A DNA stretch of 64,000 nt from Candidatus Latescibacterota bacterium (GCA_965215195.1 CBDCDC010000002.1:2912001-2976000); one strand, 5' to 3'. Shown: positions 39,994 to 50,603, counted from the first letter of the stretch. The notes: generated by a model not told the origin, from the letters alone. Made by a program: numbers and translations.

Positions 39994-40791
39994 CTATTGA
40001 CCTGTTAAAGCCCGCGCCTGTTGGCCCAATGCGATCAGATCCTCTGCAATGATCCGCAGCCGGGGCCTTGCTAGGAGCGCCGGATCGACATCGAAGGCGT
40101 GGGCTGCGTAGTGCTGCATGGACCGCAGCTTGGCCTCGCTGTCGGGCCAAGTGACGAACTTGAAGGCAATGTAGCGCCGCTCGGGGAATTTGCCGTAGGC
40201 CGCGTGGAAGAGGCTGTGGTGAAAAAAGACCACGTCCCCGGGCATGGTCTCCACCGCGCAAGACGGGATGTCCTCGCCCCTCGCCCCGAAGCTGTCGCCG
40301 ATGGTGCCGTCCTTGAAGTGATGAGCCTGCAAAGGCCACAACCACTCGTGGAAGGGCATGCGGTGCGAACCGGGAATCACCCGCAGTGCGCCCTGCTCTT
40401 TGGTGGTGGGCGTCAGGTAGAGCATCACCTTGAGCCGCCGATACGCAGTCTCTGCACTCCCCGGCCGATCCGCGTGCCAATTGTGCTCCCCCTTCTCGGT
40501 ATGCCCCTCCTTGTTGCCCTCCGAGCCCGACCACAGGAAATCGGGTCCTAAGAGGTCGGCTACCACCTCGAAAATGCGGTCGTCCTCGGCTAAGTCCAAA
40601 AGCCGGGGGTTTCGCTCGGCAAAAGGCGCAAGGCCCTGGTGTTGGCCGTCGTCGGGTTGGCCGCCCCGGTCCTCGCGCCACACTTGGTCGGCGGCTTGGG
40701 TAATCTCGGCCATCTCGTGCGGGGAAAAGGCTTGGCGCAGGCAGAAAAAGCCAAAGACGTCAAAGTGCTCTTTTTGTTTCGGCGTCAGCAT
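39994..40791 (-). CDS. Phytanoyl-CoA dioxygenase (PhyH) family
   Basis: WHAD, GALRVIPGSH and PGDVVFFHHSLFHA motifs. Confidence 0.92.
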   Translation of the reverse strand: MLTPKQKEHFDVFGFFCLRQAFSPHEMAEITQAADQVWREDRGGQPDDGQHQGLAPFAERNPRLLDLAEDDRIFEVVADLLGPDFLWSGSEGNKEGHTEKGEHNWHADRPGSAETAYRRLKVMLYLTPTTKEQGALRVIPGSHRMPFHEWLWPLQAHHFKDGTIGDSFGARGEDIPSCAVETMPGDVVFFHHSLFHAAYGKFPERRYIAFKFVTWPDSEAKLRSMQHYAAHAFDVDPALLARPRLRIIAEDLIALGQQARALTGQ

Positions 40792-40936
40792 TGGCCGTCC
40801 TCCTCGTGTAGCGAATTATAGATCGGCAAAATAGAAAAGGGCCGCGCCGACACCAACCTTATAAAGACGCTCGACGCGGAAGATGAGTAGGGGCAGCGCG
40901 TGGACACAGCCCGACGCGGCCCTTAAATTTACCGCT

Positions 40937-41767
40937 ATGACTTCCACGCCTTGGACCCCAGTCGAAGCCCCGATCGAGCAAATCCTCGCCCAGTACCCCG
41001 AGCCGCTGATGGCCCTAGCGCACGGCGAGGTGCCGGCCTTTGTGCTGCGTCAGCACTACAATCCCGCCCATTGCCGGGCGCTGATGCGGCGCTTCTACGA
41101 GCGCAGCCTGCTCTACGACCCCCACGAGGTCGGCGATGGCCAAGCGCGTCGCGTGGATATTGGCACCAGTTTCGGTCACCATCACCGCGACCGCGACCAA
41201 TTCCACGCTCACTCCGCGGCGACGCTGGCGTTGTTTGACACCCTTTTCGATGGGTACGACGATCCGGTCCGCACTATGTACGATGCCCTCGCCCAGCTCG
41301 CGCCCGGCAAAGCGGTCAAGACTGCGTGCGAGCCGGACGGTCGCCTCTACGGCCCGGCCATCTTCCGCGTCTATCACCGGGAAAGCGGGCACGGCCCACA
41401 CTACGACTCGGTCGCCAAACGCACTCGGGCTTTTGAGTACCAGATTTCGCGTTTCAAACACCAGTTTGCTGGGGTACTCTGCTTTCAGAACAGCACCAAG
41501 GAAGGCGGCACCGGGGAGCCGTACCTGTACAACTGTCCCTTCCGCCCGGCACTCGCCGAGCATCTCGGACGCGAGCAATTTGCGGCCTACGTCGCCCGCG
41601 AGCGCATCGAGCGCGTCCAAGTTCAGCTCGAACCCGGCGACCTCTACTTTTTCTTTAGCGAAAACATCCACGAGGTGCCCGCGGTCGTCGGCGACCAGCC
41701 TCGGGCGGTGCTGGCCATTTTCTTTGCCATGTCCCCGGACGACAGCGAGATCTACGTCTGGTCTTGA
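40937..41767 (+). CDS. Putative 2OG-Fe(II) oxygenase
   Basis: HYD...LEPGDLYFF..IHEV..R facial-triad pattern. Confidence 0.7.
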   Translation: MTSTPWTPVEAPIEQILAQYPEPLMALAHGEVPAFVLRQHYNPAHCRALMRRFYERSLLYDPHEVGDGQARRVDIGTSFGHHHRDRDQFHAHSAATLALFDTLFDGYDDPVRTMYDALAQLAPGKAVKTACEPDGRLYGPAIFRVYHRESGHGPHYDSVAKRTRAFEYQISRFKHQFAGVLCFQNSTKEGGTGEPYLYNCPFRPALAEHLGREQFAAYVARERIERVQVQLEPGDLYFFFSENIHEVPAVVGDQPRAVLAIFFAMSPDDSEIYVWS

Positions 41768-41845
41768 GGGGCCGCTCTTAATTTTTATCGATAGCACAAA
41801 ACGCACCCGGCAAGCATTTTAAGGTCTTTTCGCCCTCCTTATGGT

Positions 41846-42175
41846 ATGCAGGCGATACAGTATCAAGTAGAGATCTACGAAGACCGGCGTGGTCGGCAGC
41901 CTTTCAGAACGTGGCTCCAGCGCCAAGATGCACGGATTCAGCAAAGAATAGAGCAGCGGATAGCGCGAGTAGCTCGCGGCAATCTAGGCGACTATGCCTC
42001 TGTAGGCAGTAGCGTATTTGAGCTACGCGAGCAACGCGGATATCGCATATATTTTGCCCGGATAGGTCGCACCGCGATTCTGCTGCTGTGTGGCGGCAAC
42101 AAAAACTCGCAGCCCAGCGACGTTGCCCGAGCTCAACAGCTTTGGCGCGAGTACCAAAAGGAGCGAATCCCATGA
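41846..42175 (+). CDS. RelE/ParE (HigB-like, addiction module killer) toxin
   Basis: PFRTWL, RIARVARGNLGD, GYRIYF and LLLCGGNK motifs. Confidence 0.85.
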   Translation: MQAIQYQVEIYEDRRGRQPFRTWLQRQDARIQQRIEQRIARVARGNLGDYASVGSSVFELREQRGYRIYFARIGRTAILLLCGGNKNSQPSDVARAQQLWREYQKERIP

Positions 42176-42540
42176 GTCCTGCTACTCTCTTTTTTGAGGA
42201 CTACCTCATCCCTAAGCTCAAGGATGCAGAGTACGCTAAGGAATATCTAGAGACGGCCTTAGAGACCTATGCCGAAGACCGCGATGTCGATGCGCTTCTT
42301 AGTGCGATACAAGACGTGGTCTTTGCCCAAGGTACGTTTGAGCAAACCGAGATCTACGAAGAGCATTGCACCGGATGCTTCCTTAAGAAGGCCCGTCCTG
42401 TCCTCGCCCAGCTAGGCTATCGGTTGGAGCCGTTCTCCGTACACACGAAAGTCTCTATCGTACTCTCAGAGGAACCGACGCGCCCGGCAGTGAACGATGG
42501 CTCCTCTTATTCCATAGAGCATACGGCGGCACCCGCCTAA
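42172..42540 (+). CDS. Addiction-module antidote (HigA-like) with degenerate HTH
   Basis: LKDAEYAKEYLETAL..DVVFAQG..LAQLGYRL; ATGA overlap with the toxin. Confidence 0.7.
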   Translation: MSPATLFFEDYLIPKLKDAEYAKEYLETALETYAEDRDVDALLSAIQDVVFAQGTFEQTEIYEEHCTGCFLKKARPVLAQLGYRLEPFSVHTKVSIVLSEEPTRPAVNDGSSYSIEHTAAPA

Positions 42541-42548
42541 TCCCCGCC

Positions 42549-43916
42549 CTAAAACACCCGCACCACCGTCCCGCGCTCGGCCGCTAGCCGTTTTGCTACC
42601 GCCTCCTTGGTCATTGGATTCTCCGGCCACTCCTCGGGTGCCACGTGCGACAGCCGCAACAACAGGCGCGCTAGCTGCCCGACGTATTCTTTTAACTCCC
42701 GCACGTTGAGCTTGTCGGCCGTGTCGGCTGGCTCGTGGTGGTAATCGGAATCGGCGTGGCGGCCGCTAAAGCGCCAGCGCCACAGATGCGCCGCGTCAAT
42801 GCCCGCGCGCAAAAAGGGAAAGTGGTCTGAAGTCGCGTCGAGTTGGGACATTACGTGACATTTTAATCCGTCGCCCATCGCATCGAGTTGCGTTTGCACC
42901 AAGTCGCGCAAATGCCCAAACGCCAGCACCACCCCCTTGATCGGCCCGGTCGATAGCTCGTCGAGATTGATCGCCAGCCGCGGCTTTGCGCCGCAGTGTT
43001 GCCGCACGTATTCGATTGACCCTTGGAACGTCTGCTCCTCGGCGCTGTACGTCGCAAAGCACAAGCTCATCCCGGGCTCAACTCCCAACGCTGATTTCAG
43101 CCCGGCCAGTACCCGCGCTGTCTCCAGCACTGCAATGGTCCCCGAGGCATTGTCGTTGCCCCCGGGTGCGCCGTACACCGTGTCGTGGTGCCCGCCCAAC
43201 ATCAGCCGCCCCCGAGGCCACCGCGCCCCGGCAATTGAGGCGACCACGTTGTGCGCCGATGCTCGGTAAAACCGGCTCTCAACGGTTAGCTTGAGCCGCT
43301 TGCCCGCGCTGGCCCACTTCTGCAACAGGGCCCCGTGTTCCCGCGAGGTCGCCACCGCCGGAATGGGCAACTCGGCGGTCTCCGGTTCGCGCCAATCTCC
43401 GCCGTTGTGGTACTCCACCCGCCGCCCGTCCTTTGGATCAATCGCCACCACCGCCACTGCGCCGGCCTTGAATAGGGCTTTGAGCCGCACATTGGGCGGA
43501 GAGGGCGCAGTAAAAGGTTCCAGCGCTAGGTGCATCACCGCGATGCTCCCTTGGAGCTGGCTGCGCACCCGGTCGATCTCGCGTTCCGTACCATAGCCGG
43601 CATTGACGATCGGGGCTTCGAGCTCGCACGGCGGACAGCGATTATAGGGCAAGAGGTCAATCTCCAGATCTCCCACCGTTGCCTCGGCCCGTTTGTACGC
43701 CCATGTATCCAGCGCAAACTCCTCCAGCGCCGCGTCGGCCAGTCCCGCCTGTGCAAACTGCTCCCGCAGGTACTCCACCGCTTGGCGCTCTCCCGCAGAA
43801 GAAGCCCAGCGCGGTCCGATCTGCTCGCACAATACCTCCACGTGCTCGCCGATCTGCGCACCGGTCCAAGCCTCGCCAAAAATCCAGCGGTCGATTTCCC
43901 GCCAATTCAGTTCCAT
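42549..43916 (-). CDS. M28 family peptidase with PA domain
   Basis: GGHHDT, GGNDNASG, SAEE, INLD and SDHFPF motifs. Confidence 0.92.
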   Translation of the reverse strand: MELNWREIDRWIFGEAWTGAQIGEHVEVLCEQIGPRWASSAGERQAVEYLREQFAQAGLADAALEEFALDTWAYKRAEATVGDLEIDLLPYNRCPPCELEAPIVNAGYGTEREIDRVRSQLQGSIAVMHLALEPFTAPSPPNVRLKALFKAGAVAVVAIDPKDGRRVEYHNGGDWREPETAELPIPAVATSREHGALLQKWASAGKRLKLTVESRFYRASAHNVVASIAGARWPRGRLMLGGHHDTVYGAPGGNDNASGTIAVLETARVLAGLKSALGVEPGMSLCFATYSAEEQTFQGSIEYVRQHCGAKPRLAINLDELSTGPIKGVVLAFGHLRDLVQTQLDAMGDGLKCHVMSQLDATSDHFPFLRAGIDAAHLWRWRFSGRHADSDYHHEPADTADKLNVRELKEYVGQLARLLLRLSHVAPEEWPENPMTKEAVAKRLAAERGTVVRVF

Positions 43917-43992
43917 CGCGTCCTCCTCTTTGCCAAGTCCTCATAGGATAGACAAATGTTGTTCCTCGACCAAAGGGGCGTTAGATTTCCCC

Positions 43993-44124
43993 CTTAGTAC
44001 ACGCCACCTAAAGTAGGTGCCCCTTACTTTGAGTACGCCTTTTCTGCGGTTTCCGCTGGGTGCGGGATCGAGGGCGTCCCGCCCTCGATCCTTGGCAGGC
44101 TGAGGGCTGGTGTCGTGTAGTAAG
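43993..44124. mobile_element. MITE (CTTAGTACACG...CGTGTAGTAAG) with 9-bp TSD GATTTCCCC
   Basis: TSD at 43984-43992 and 44125-44133; near-identical copy at 52100-52235. Confidence 0.85.
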
Positions 44125-44169
44125 GATTTCCCCAAAGATGGACCTCCACAGTTTTGAAAGGTGCCGCCG

Positions 44170-46758
44170 ATGAATATCCACACGAAACTCCTCTCGCGCT
44201 TTGTGGTGGTCAGCGCAGTGCTGTGGTCGAATGGGGCCGGGGATTTGCTGGCTCAAGCAGGCCATCGGATCGACCGCAGTGCGAACCAAGTCGTCGTCGG
44301 ACCCGACCACTGGGAACACTGGGAATTTGCGCCCGGTACTATCCAGATTTCCCCACTCGGAGCGGTGCAGCCCAATCGCGTCCGCAAAAACACCAATGCC
44401 GCGCTGGCTATCGTCGATTTTCTGCGCTTTAACCCGCCAGATTACCTCTCCAAGAAAGAGCCTGAAGCCATCGTTCTCCTCGACGCCATTCAGGGTGGGT
44501 CCAACCGCGCCGGGGTCGTCGCCGCCCTAGATGGCGATTTGACCACGTACTGGGAGCCCGATCCGGTTGATGAGAATGTAGATCTGTCGTCTCAGTGGTG
44601 GTTTACCGTGGATTTGGGCCGCGTGGTTTTCATCGACAAAATCGCGCTAAAATTCGTCGCGGAGGGAATGGGCGATCCCTTTCTTTTGTTTGACGTACTG
44701 GTGTCGGACGGACAGAAGCCAGTACAGGCAATCGGCGGGTCGAGCCTCGAGTTTTTTCCGGTGCTCCAGACGCTAAAGCCCAACAAAAGCCAGCGAACCT
44801 TTGCGGTCGAACTCGATCCAGTGGGGCTCGACCAGCGCCGGGCGGTAGGGCGCTTTGTCCAAGTGGTGGTGCAGGCCAGCGATTTTGGCCGCGGCCGAGA
44901 AGTATCCCCAGAGCAGTACGACCAGCTAGCGGCCGAGGACCGAGGGATCATCGAATATAGCAAGCGCCAAGCCGACGGGCGGGAGATCGCGGTCAAACGG
45001 GAGGTGTACGAAGCCCTCGATCCCCAGCGGCAGGGGGCGGTGCGCTACTTTCGGCGCGAGCGGCCCCGGTTGGCCGAGCTCGAAGTGTGGACCCAAGGCG
45101 ACGACTTGGCCAGTGGGGCCTTGCGACGCCATGGCTCCATTTCTACTACGGTGCCCGGCAGCATCAATCCCCAACTGATGATCGACGGCAATGTGACCAG
45201 CGTAGAGGGGCTGTCCCTGTTCAACATTGAGAATCGGTTAGAGGACGAGTTGTTCATCGACTTGGGCTCGTTCTTCTGGATCCACAGCCACCGGATGAGT
45301 TTCACCGAGAGTACGCTGGGGAATCATCGGTTGGAATTTTCCGATGGCTCGCGGGAAGTAGATGGGGGCCTCAAGTGGACCACGGCCGTGCGGCGCGAGC
45401 AAGTAAAGCGGAGCATCGCCGGGGCCCTCAGCGTTGATGGCAATGACTTCGACCCGGTAAAGGGGCGCTTTTTTCGCTTGGTGTTTGAAGTAGAACATGT
45501 GCGCCTTCCCAACCGCAGCGCTAGCCGATTGAGCGAGATACAACTTTTTGGCGAGGGATTTTTGCCAGAGGTGCAGCTCGAATCGGACCTGATCCGGTTG
45601 GGCGGCAGCCGCAACTTGGTCGCCCTCGAATGGGACGCGCACACGCCCCTCGGCACCGAGGTCCTGCTTCAGACTCGCACCGGCGACACCTTGGGCGAGA
45701 TCGTGCACTACTTCAAAAAGGATGGGACCGAAATTTCCGAAACGGCCTACAACAAACTATTGAGCATTTTTCGCGGCGAGACCGTGTCCGAGGAAGTCGC
45801 TGGCGCAGACTGGGCGCCGTGGAGTGTGCCCTACGACGAGCCGGGAGGCAGTCCCATTACGTCGCCTTCGCCGCGGGAGTTTCTCAAGGTGCGGGCGACC
45901 CTGCGCTCGGCAGCGCCGGATGTGGCGGCGAGCTTGTCCGGGCTGCGGCTGCACTTTGCCGAGCCGGTGGCGCGGCGGCTCTTGGGGGAGGTAGTGCCCA
46001 GTCAGGTGGATCGGCTGGGCGTTGAGGTGCCTTTTTCAGTGTATGTGCGACCCGAGTTTGGCGCAGGGGATGGGGGGTTCGACGAGTTGCTGTTGGAAGC
46101 CCCGGCCGGCATGGAACTGACGTATGACGGGTTGTTGGGGAGCGCGGACGGGGAGGATTTTTCACCATGGGCGGCCGCGGTGCTAGATTCGACGGCGGAG
46201 CGGGTGCATTTGTCCTTTGCTCCGCTGGAGCCGGGGAGCGAAGTGGCGGTGCTGCGGACAGACTTTGCGGGGCGTCTGTTTTCTCGCGGTGGACCGCTAA
46301 AAGTGCAACTGCGTCGAGGAGAAGATGGGGAGGGGATCTGGCAGCGCGTCGATCCCGGGGAAGCGGTGGAGGCGGTCGGCAGCAATCGGCTGTTGGTGGT
46401 GGGCCAGCCGCAGAGCCGCTCGATTTTTGCGGATTTGGCGGTTGAGCCAGCCGTGTTGACGCCCAATGGGGATGGGGTCAACGACGAGGTGGCGTTGCGC
46501 TTTTCAGTGGTGTTGGTGGAGGGCCGTCAGCGGGTTGAGGCGACGATCTACGATTTGCAGGGCCGCTTGGTGCGCCAGCTAGCCGAGCAGCGGGATTTTG
46601 CCTCGGGGCTGTACGAAATGGGGTGGGACGGAAGGAATGAAAAGGGAGCGCTCGTGCCGCCGGGTTTGTACGTGCTGCATTTGCGACTGGATGCCAATAC
46701 GTCGGGGGCCAAGCTGCGTCAAGAGGAATTGGTCCGCACCTTGGCCGTAGCCTATTAG
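44170..46758 (+). CDS. Large secreted protein with discoidin-like domains and a C-terminal FlgD-Ig/CHU_C-like domain
   Basis: Signal peptide; ALDGDLTTYW..FTVDLG; LTPNGDGVND..IYDLQGRLVR..WDGR..PPGLY. Confidence 0.82.
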   Translation: MNIHTKLLSRFVVVSAVLWSNGAGDLLAQAGHRIDRSANQVVVGPDHWEHWEFAPGTIQISPLGAVQPNRVRKNTNAALAIVDFLRFNPPDYLSKKEPEAIVLLDAIQGGSNRAGVVAALDGDLTTYWEPDPVDENVDLSSQWWFTVDLGRVVFIDKIALKFVAEGMGDPFLLFDVLVSDGQKPVQAIGGSSLEFFPVLQTLKPNKSQRTFAVELDPVGLDQRRAVGRFVQVVVQASDFGRGREVSPEQYDQLAAEDRGIIEYSKRQADGREIAVKREVYEALDPQRQGAVRYFRRERPRLAELEVWTQGDDLASGALRRHGSISTTVPGSINPQLMIDGNVTSVEGLSLFNIENRLEDELFIDLGSFFWIHSHRMSFTESTLGNHRLEFSDGSREVDGGLKWTTAVRREQVKRSIAGALSVDGNDFDPVKGRFFRLVFEVEHVRLPNRSASRLSEIQLFGEGFLPEVQLESDLIRLGGSRNLVALEWDAHTPLGTEVLLQTRTGDTLGEIVHYFKKDGTEISETAYNKLLSIFRGETVSEEVAGADWAPWSVPYDEPGGSPITSPSPREFLKVRATLRSAAPDVAASLSGLRLHFAEPVARRLLGEVVPSQVDRLGVEVPFSVYVRPEFGAGDGGFDELLLEAPAGMELTYDGLLGSADGEDFSPWAAAVLDSTAERVHLSFAPLEPGSEVAVLRTDFAGRLFSRGGPLKVQLRRGEDGEGIWQRVDPGEAVEAVGSNRLLVVGQPQSRSIFADLAVEPAVLTPNGDGVNDEVALRFSVVLVEGRQRVEATIYDLQGRLVRQLAEQRDFASGLYEMGWDGRNEKGALVPPGLYVLHLRLDANTSGAKLRQEELVRTLAVAY

Positions 46759-48281
46759 TGCTCGTCGCGTTCTAAAAGCTGCCGACCACGCGCTCGATGC
46801 TTTTGGCTCTCTGCGAGCAGGCCGAGTGCTGCGCAGGCATCGCCCAAGTAGAGGTGTCCGCGCCCATCTTCAGGCTCCAATTCGACAAAGCGTTGGTACG
46901 CGGTCCGGGCCGCAGCAAAGTCTCCGAGCTGGGCATGAGCTACCCCTAGGTTGAAGTGGGCTTTGGCGTATTGGGGAGCGAGGACCGCGGCTTGGGCGAA
47001 AAGTCGCGCGGCTTCCTTGAACTGGCGCTGCTGGGCGGCGATCAAGCCGAGCACATAGGGAGGCTCGACGAGGGAGGTGTCGAGTTGGACCGCCTTGGCA
47101 AAGGCTTGGGCCGCTCTTTTGAGCGATCCCGACTGGTAGTGAGCATGGCCCAGATGCACGTACAGAACGGGATTTTCTGGCTCTAGCTCGATGGCCCGCT
47201 GGAAATACCGGGCCGCCTGTTTGTGCCGGCCTTGCTCGGCGAGGAGGAGGCCGAGGCCGATATGGGCGTCTTTGTGATCGGGTTTGATTTCGACTGCGCG
47301 GCGAAACTCCAACAGAGCTTGATCGGTTTGGCCGGCCATCTGGTGCTTCAAGCCCATATTGTAGTGATCCCGCGCCGAGCCGATGGGGAGCGATTTGTGC
47401 GTCGGCGGGGAGATTTCAGAGTGCAGGCCCCGATGCTGCTGGCGCAGGCTTTCGGAACGCGCCATTTCCCGCTTGCCCTGTTCGCGGCGGCCGAGGCGGA
47501 GATAGACATTGCCGAGGTTGAGGCGGAGCTTGGGCGAGTCCGGGTTGAGTTCGGTGGCTTTGAGTAGTGCCTGCAAAGCCGCCTCATTATCGCCCATATC
47601 GCGCTGGGCCAGTCCCAAGAGAAAGTGCGCTTCGGCGTCCTGCGGGTCGAAGCGCACTGCTCTTTTGAAGGCCGCTATCGCCTCGGGCGGAAACCCCTTT
47701 TCCCGCTGGATTTTGCCCAATTTCTTGTAGGCCGGTGCCAAGGTGGAATCCGCCTGCAAGGCCGCAGTGTACGCTGCTTGGGCCTGATCTACTTCTTGGC
47801 GATAGCCGTGCAGTAAGCCCAAGTTGTAGTACGCGGTTGCTCGGCGGGGATCGAGCGCGGTCGCTTGCTCAAAGGCGGCCCGCGCCGCTTGGACGTCGCG
47901 GTGCTGGTTGGGGCTATACGCTCTCGAAGTGTATCGGGCCGTGTGGATGATGCCGAGGACTTCGTACAACTCGGCGCGCGTGTGGTTTTTTTGCGGGGCT
48001 AGATCAATGGCGTGTTCGATTGCGCGCAGGGCTTGGGGGAATTTGCCCAGTGCGAGGTAGGAGCGGGCGAGATAGTGGTGGACCTCGTAATCGTCGGCGC
48101 GGTCGGCCAGTGCCTTGTGAAAGGCGACGATGGCTTCGGAGTAGCGCTCCTGAGCGAAGGCGTACATCCCGGCGTTGACCAAGGGGTCGCGCTCCTCGGG
48201 GCCACAGGCGCAGGTGAAGAGGCAAAAGGCGGCCCCGAGCCAAGGCGAGATCCTTTTGAACGACAGGTGAAAGCGGGCCAT
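46755..48281 (-). CDS. Tetratricopeptide-repeat lipoprotein
   Basis: Lipobox-like CACG; many AYYNLG/AHFNLG TPR units. Confidence 0.9.
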   Translation of the reverse strand: MARFHLSFKRISPWLGAAFCLFTCACGPEERDPLVNAGMYAFAQERYSEAIVAFHKALADRADDYEVHHYLARSYLALGKFPQALRAIEHAIDLAPQKNHTRAELYEVLGIIHTARYTSRAYSPNQHRDVQAARAAFEQATALDPRRATAYYNLGLLHGYRQEVDQAQAAYTAALQADSTLAPAYKKLGKIQREKGFPPEAIAAFKRAVRFDPQDAEAHFLLGLAQRDMGDNEAALQALLKATELNPDSPKLRLNLGNVYLRLGRREQGKREMARSESLRQQHRGLHSEISPPTHKSLPIGSARDHYNMGLKHQMAGQTDQALLEFRRAVEIKPDHKDAHIGLGLLLAEQGRHKQAARYFQRAIELEPENPVLYVHLGHAHYQSGSLKRAAQAFAKAVQLDTSLVEPPYVLGLIAAQQRQFKEAARLFAQAAVLAPQYAKAHFNLGVAHAQLGDFAAARTAYQRFVELEPEDGRGHLYLGDACAALGLLAESQKHRARGRQLLERDEH

Positions 48282-48395
48282 TTAGGTGCAATTGCACGAG
48301 TGTTTGCGGTTGGATTGCCGGTGCTAGCAGATTGACCGCGGTCTAGTGCGTTCCTTGCGCTGAAGGGACCACCCATTCCGCGTAGGAGCGTCCCG

Positions 48396-48494
48396 ATGAC
48401 CCCGGCCGAATTTATAATAGCCCTGTTCTGTCGTATCGACAATCAGATGTATGGTATGCCCAAACATCCCCAAGCCGCCTTATACCAAATTTGA
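48396..48494 (+). pseudogene. Transposase N-terminal fragment (IS982-like)
   Basis: AGGAG SD, then MTPAEFIIALFCRIDNQMYGMPKHPQAALYQI*; resembles IS982-type N-termini from memory. Confidence 0.5.
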
Positions 48495-48872
48495 AGCACT
48501 GATGTCCTAATTGTTCTGCCTGTTCCTCTGAGGGACAAGCGGCAGCTCCTGCCATCCATCCGCACTATCCACCGGTCCGCCCCCACCGCATCAACGGCAT
48601 CGTCAGACGCTACGCAAAAAATATCAGCGACACCGTTCAACTTCGCCGCAACCGACGGGTGTGTCCGTGCGATGATTAGTCGCACTAAAAGCGACGATTT
48701 GACGCACTTGTGCGATATATCCGCGCACTTTTAGTGCGTCAAGGGAGTCTCGCAAAGGGCTTGAGAGACGAGCGAGAAAATTTGTTTAATTTTTATAAAG
48801 TATTGTAAAACAGGTATTTAGGATGTATTAGATTAAAAAAATCGGCGCGATTATCGCCCGCCCGCCACGCAT

Positions 48873-48888
48873 TGGCACGATGATTGCA
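48873..48888 (+). promoter_or_regulatory. Sigma54 (-24/-12) promoter
   Basis: TGGCAC-GATGA-TTGCA consensus match, with an AT-rich tract and palindromes upstream. Confidence 0.8.
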
Positions 48889-49022
48889 TATAATGCTTGC
48901 AAAGACGACATGTTGCACTGAAAGTTTGAGAGGGGCGGGTGGTATAGCCGACACTTGCCCCTTTCAAAAACTGTAGGCACACTAATCGCAAACAATGGCA
49001 GCAACGCCCAAAGGAGTCCCTC

Positions 49023-50591
49023 ATGATCGCCGTCGTGTTCAAAAAAGAGCTGCTCTCGCACCTGCTCAGTCGGCAATTTGCCATCTGCACCACCTTGGCC
49101 GTGCTGCTGATGAGCACCAACGGCTTGGTCCCTAGCCAAAGCTGGTCCTTAAAAAAGGCCAGTTACCAAGCCAAAAAGGCCATCGAAGTCCAAAAGCCAC
49201 GCGACATCACTTATTATGGTGTGCTGGCCGCCGATATCGACCGGTCGTCTCAGGACGGTGTCCGCAAGAACGAGTGGCGAGTCGCCCCCCGAGCCTTGCG
49301 GACACCGCGCCCCTTAGAGCTATTTGCCCAAGGCGACGAAGCCCGCCTAGGGCAAGCCGTGCCAGTGTTGCTCTTTGAAGTGCCCCACATCGTCGAGCAA
49401 GTCGATCCCTTCCATTCGGACAACCACTTTCTATCCCTCTTTAGTACCTACGACATGGTCTATGTCTTTCAACTCGTGTTGGGGCTGTTGGCCATCCTCA
49501 TGGCCAGCGAGACCATCTCCAGAGAAAAGGAAGACGGCACCCTGCGGCTGACTCTGACGACTAATGTCAGCCGCGCCCAACTCCTCGCTGGCAAGTTCTT
49601 GGGCGGGGTGACGACGCTAGCTATTCCCACAGCCTTGGGCTTTATCATCCTCATGATCATCCTCTTAGGCACGGACGGTGCAGACGTGGGCCTCTCCGAA
49701 TGGTGGGGCATGGGCGTCCTCTTCCTGCTCTCGCTTTTGTATCTGACGGTGCTCTATCTGATCGGGCTCGTCGTCTCGTGCGCCACGCACCGCTCGGCGA
49801 CTAGTTTGGTGTACGCGCTCTTTTTGTGGGCCTTGCTGGTCGTCATGCTGCCCAACAGCATCACCGCGCTGCTCAACGAGCGAGCCAACATGAGCGAGAA
49901 AAACGACCAAGCCGACGCTCGAGCGGCCCAAGTGTGGGACGAGTTAGACCAAGAACTGCAAGATCTGGTGCGCGCCCACGGCCAGCGGAGATACCCACCC
50001 ATTGACCTGATCGAGCGAGTCATGCTGGACGATAGAGATAGATCTATTGGACTGGGCGGGTTTTACAATGGCGGATCAAAGCCCGAACTATATATGAACG
50101 GCATCGCCGACACGCCCGGATTAGCCACCTTCCAAGACATCATCCACAGCGGCGAGCAGCTACGCCTGCAATACGCCCAACGTGCGTGGAACGCCCAAGC
50201 CCCCCTTGTCGAAACCTTCCTGCGTCGCTTAGAACGCCAAAACGCCCAACTCCAACGCCTCTTCCCAGCCGGTGCCTACGCCCAAGCCGCCAGTGCCGTC
50301 GCCGGCACCAGCCGAGAGGAATTCTACGGCTTCATTGAGCAGGTGCGCGACTATCGCCGCCAGATCCTCGACTACCTCAAAGACCGCGATGCTTTTGGTA
50401 GCCGCACGTACTTCAACGACGACTCAGGGTGGGAAGCTGACCTCAGCGACATGCCCCGCTTCCAAGAGCGACAGGGCACCTCCTATCAGCGTTTGCGCCA
50501 GAGCTTGCCAGCCCTCACCGTCCTGCTGCTGTATGCGGCCGGTCTGTTTGTCCTTGCCAATCGCCTGTTTGCCCGTTACGACGCTGCATAA
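49023..50591 (+). CDS. ABC-2 type transporter permease (NosY/DUF3526-like)
   Basis: KKELL..L.SRQF and ISREKEDGTLRLTL..LLAGKFLG; 6 TMs with large loops. Confidence 0.88.
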   Translation: MIAVVFKKELLSHLLSRQFAICTTLAVLLMSTNGLVPSQSWSLKKASYQAKKAIEVQKPRDITYYGVLAADIDRSSQDGVRKNEWRVAPRALRTPRPLELFAQGDEARLGQAVPVLLFEVPHIVEQVDPFHSDNHFLSLFSTYDMVYVFQLVLGLLAILMASETISREKEDGTLRLTLTTNVSRAQLLAGKFLGGVTTLAIPTALGFIILMIILLGTDGADVGLSEWWGMGVLFLLSLLYLTVLYLIGLVVSCATHRSATSLVYALFLWALLVVMLPNSITALLNERANMSEKNDQADARAAQVWDELDQELQDLVRAHGQRRYPPIDLIERVMLDDRDRSIGLGGFYNGGSKPELYMNGIADTPGLATFQDIIHSGEQLRLQYAQRAWNAQAPLVETFLRRLERQNAQLQRLFPAGAYAQAASAVAGTSREEFYGFIEQVRDYRRQILDYLKDRDAFGSRTYFNDDSGWEADLSDMPRFQERQGTSYQRLRQSLPALTVLLLYAAGLFVLANRLFARYDAA

Positions 50592-50603
50592 GGAGAAAAC
50601 GCC

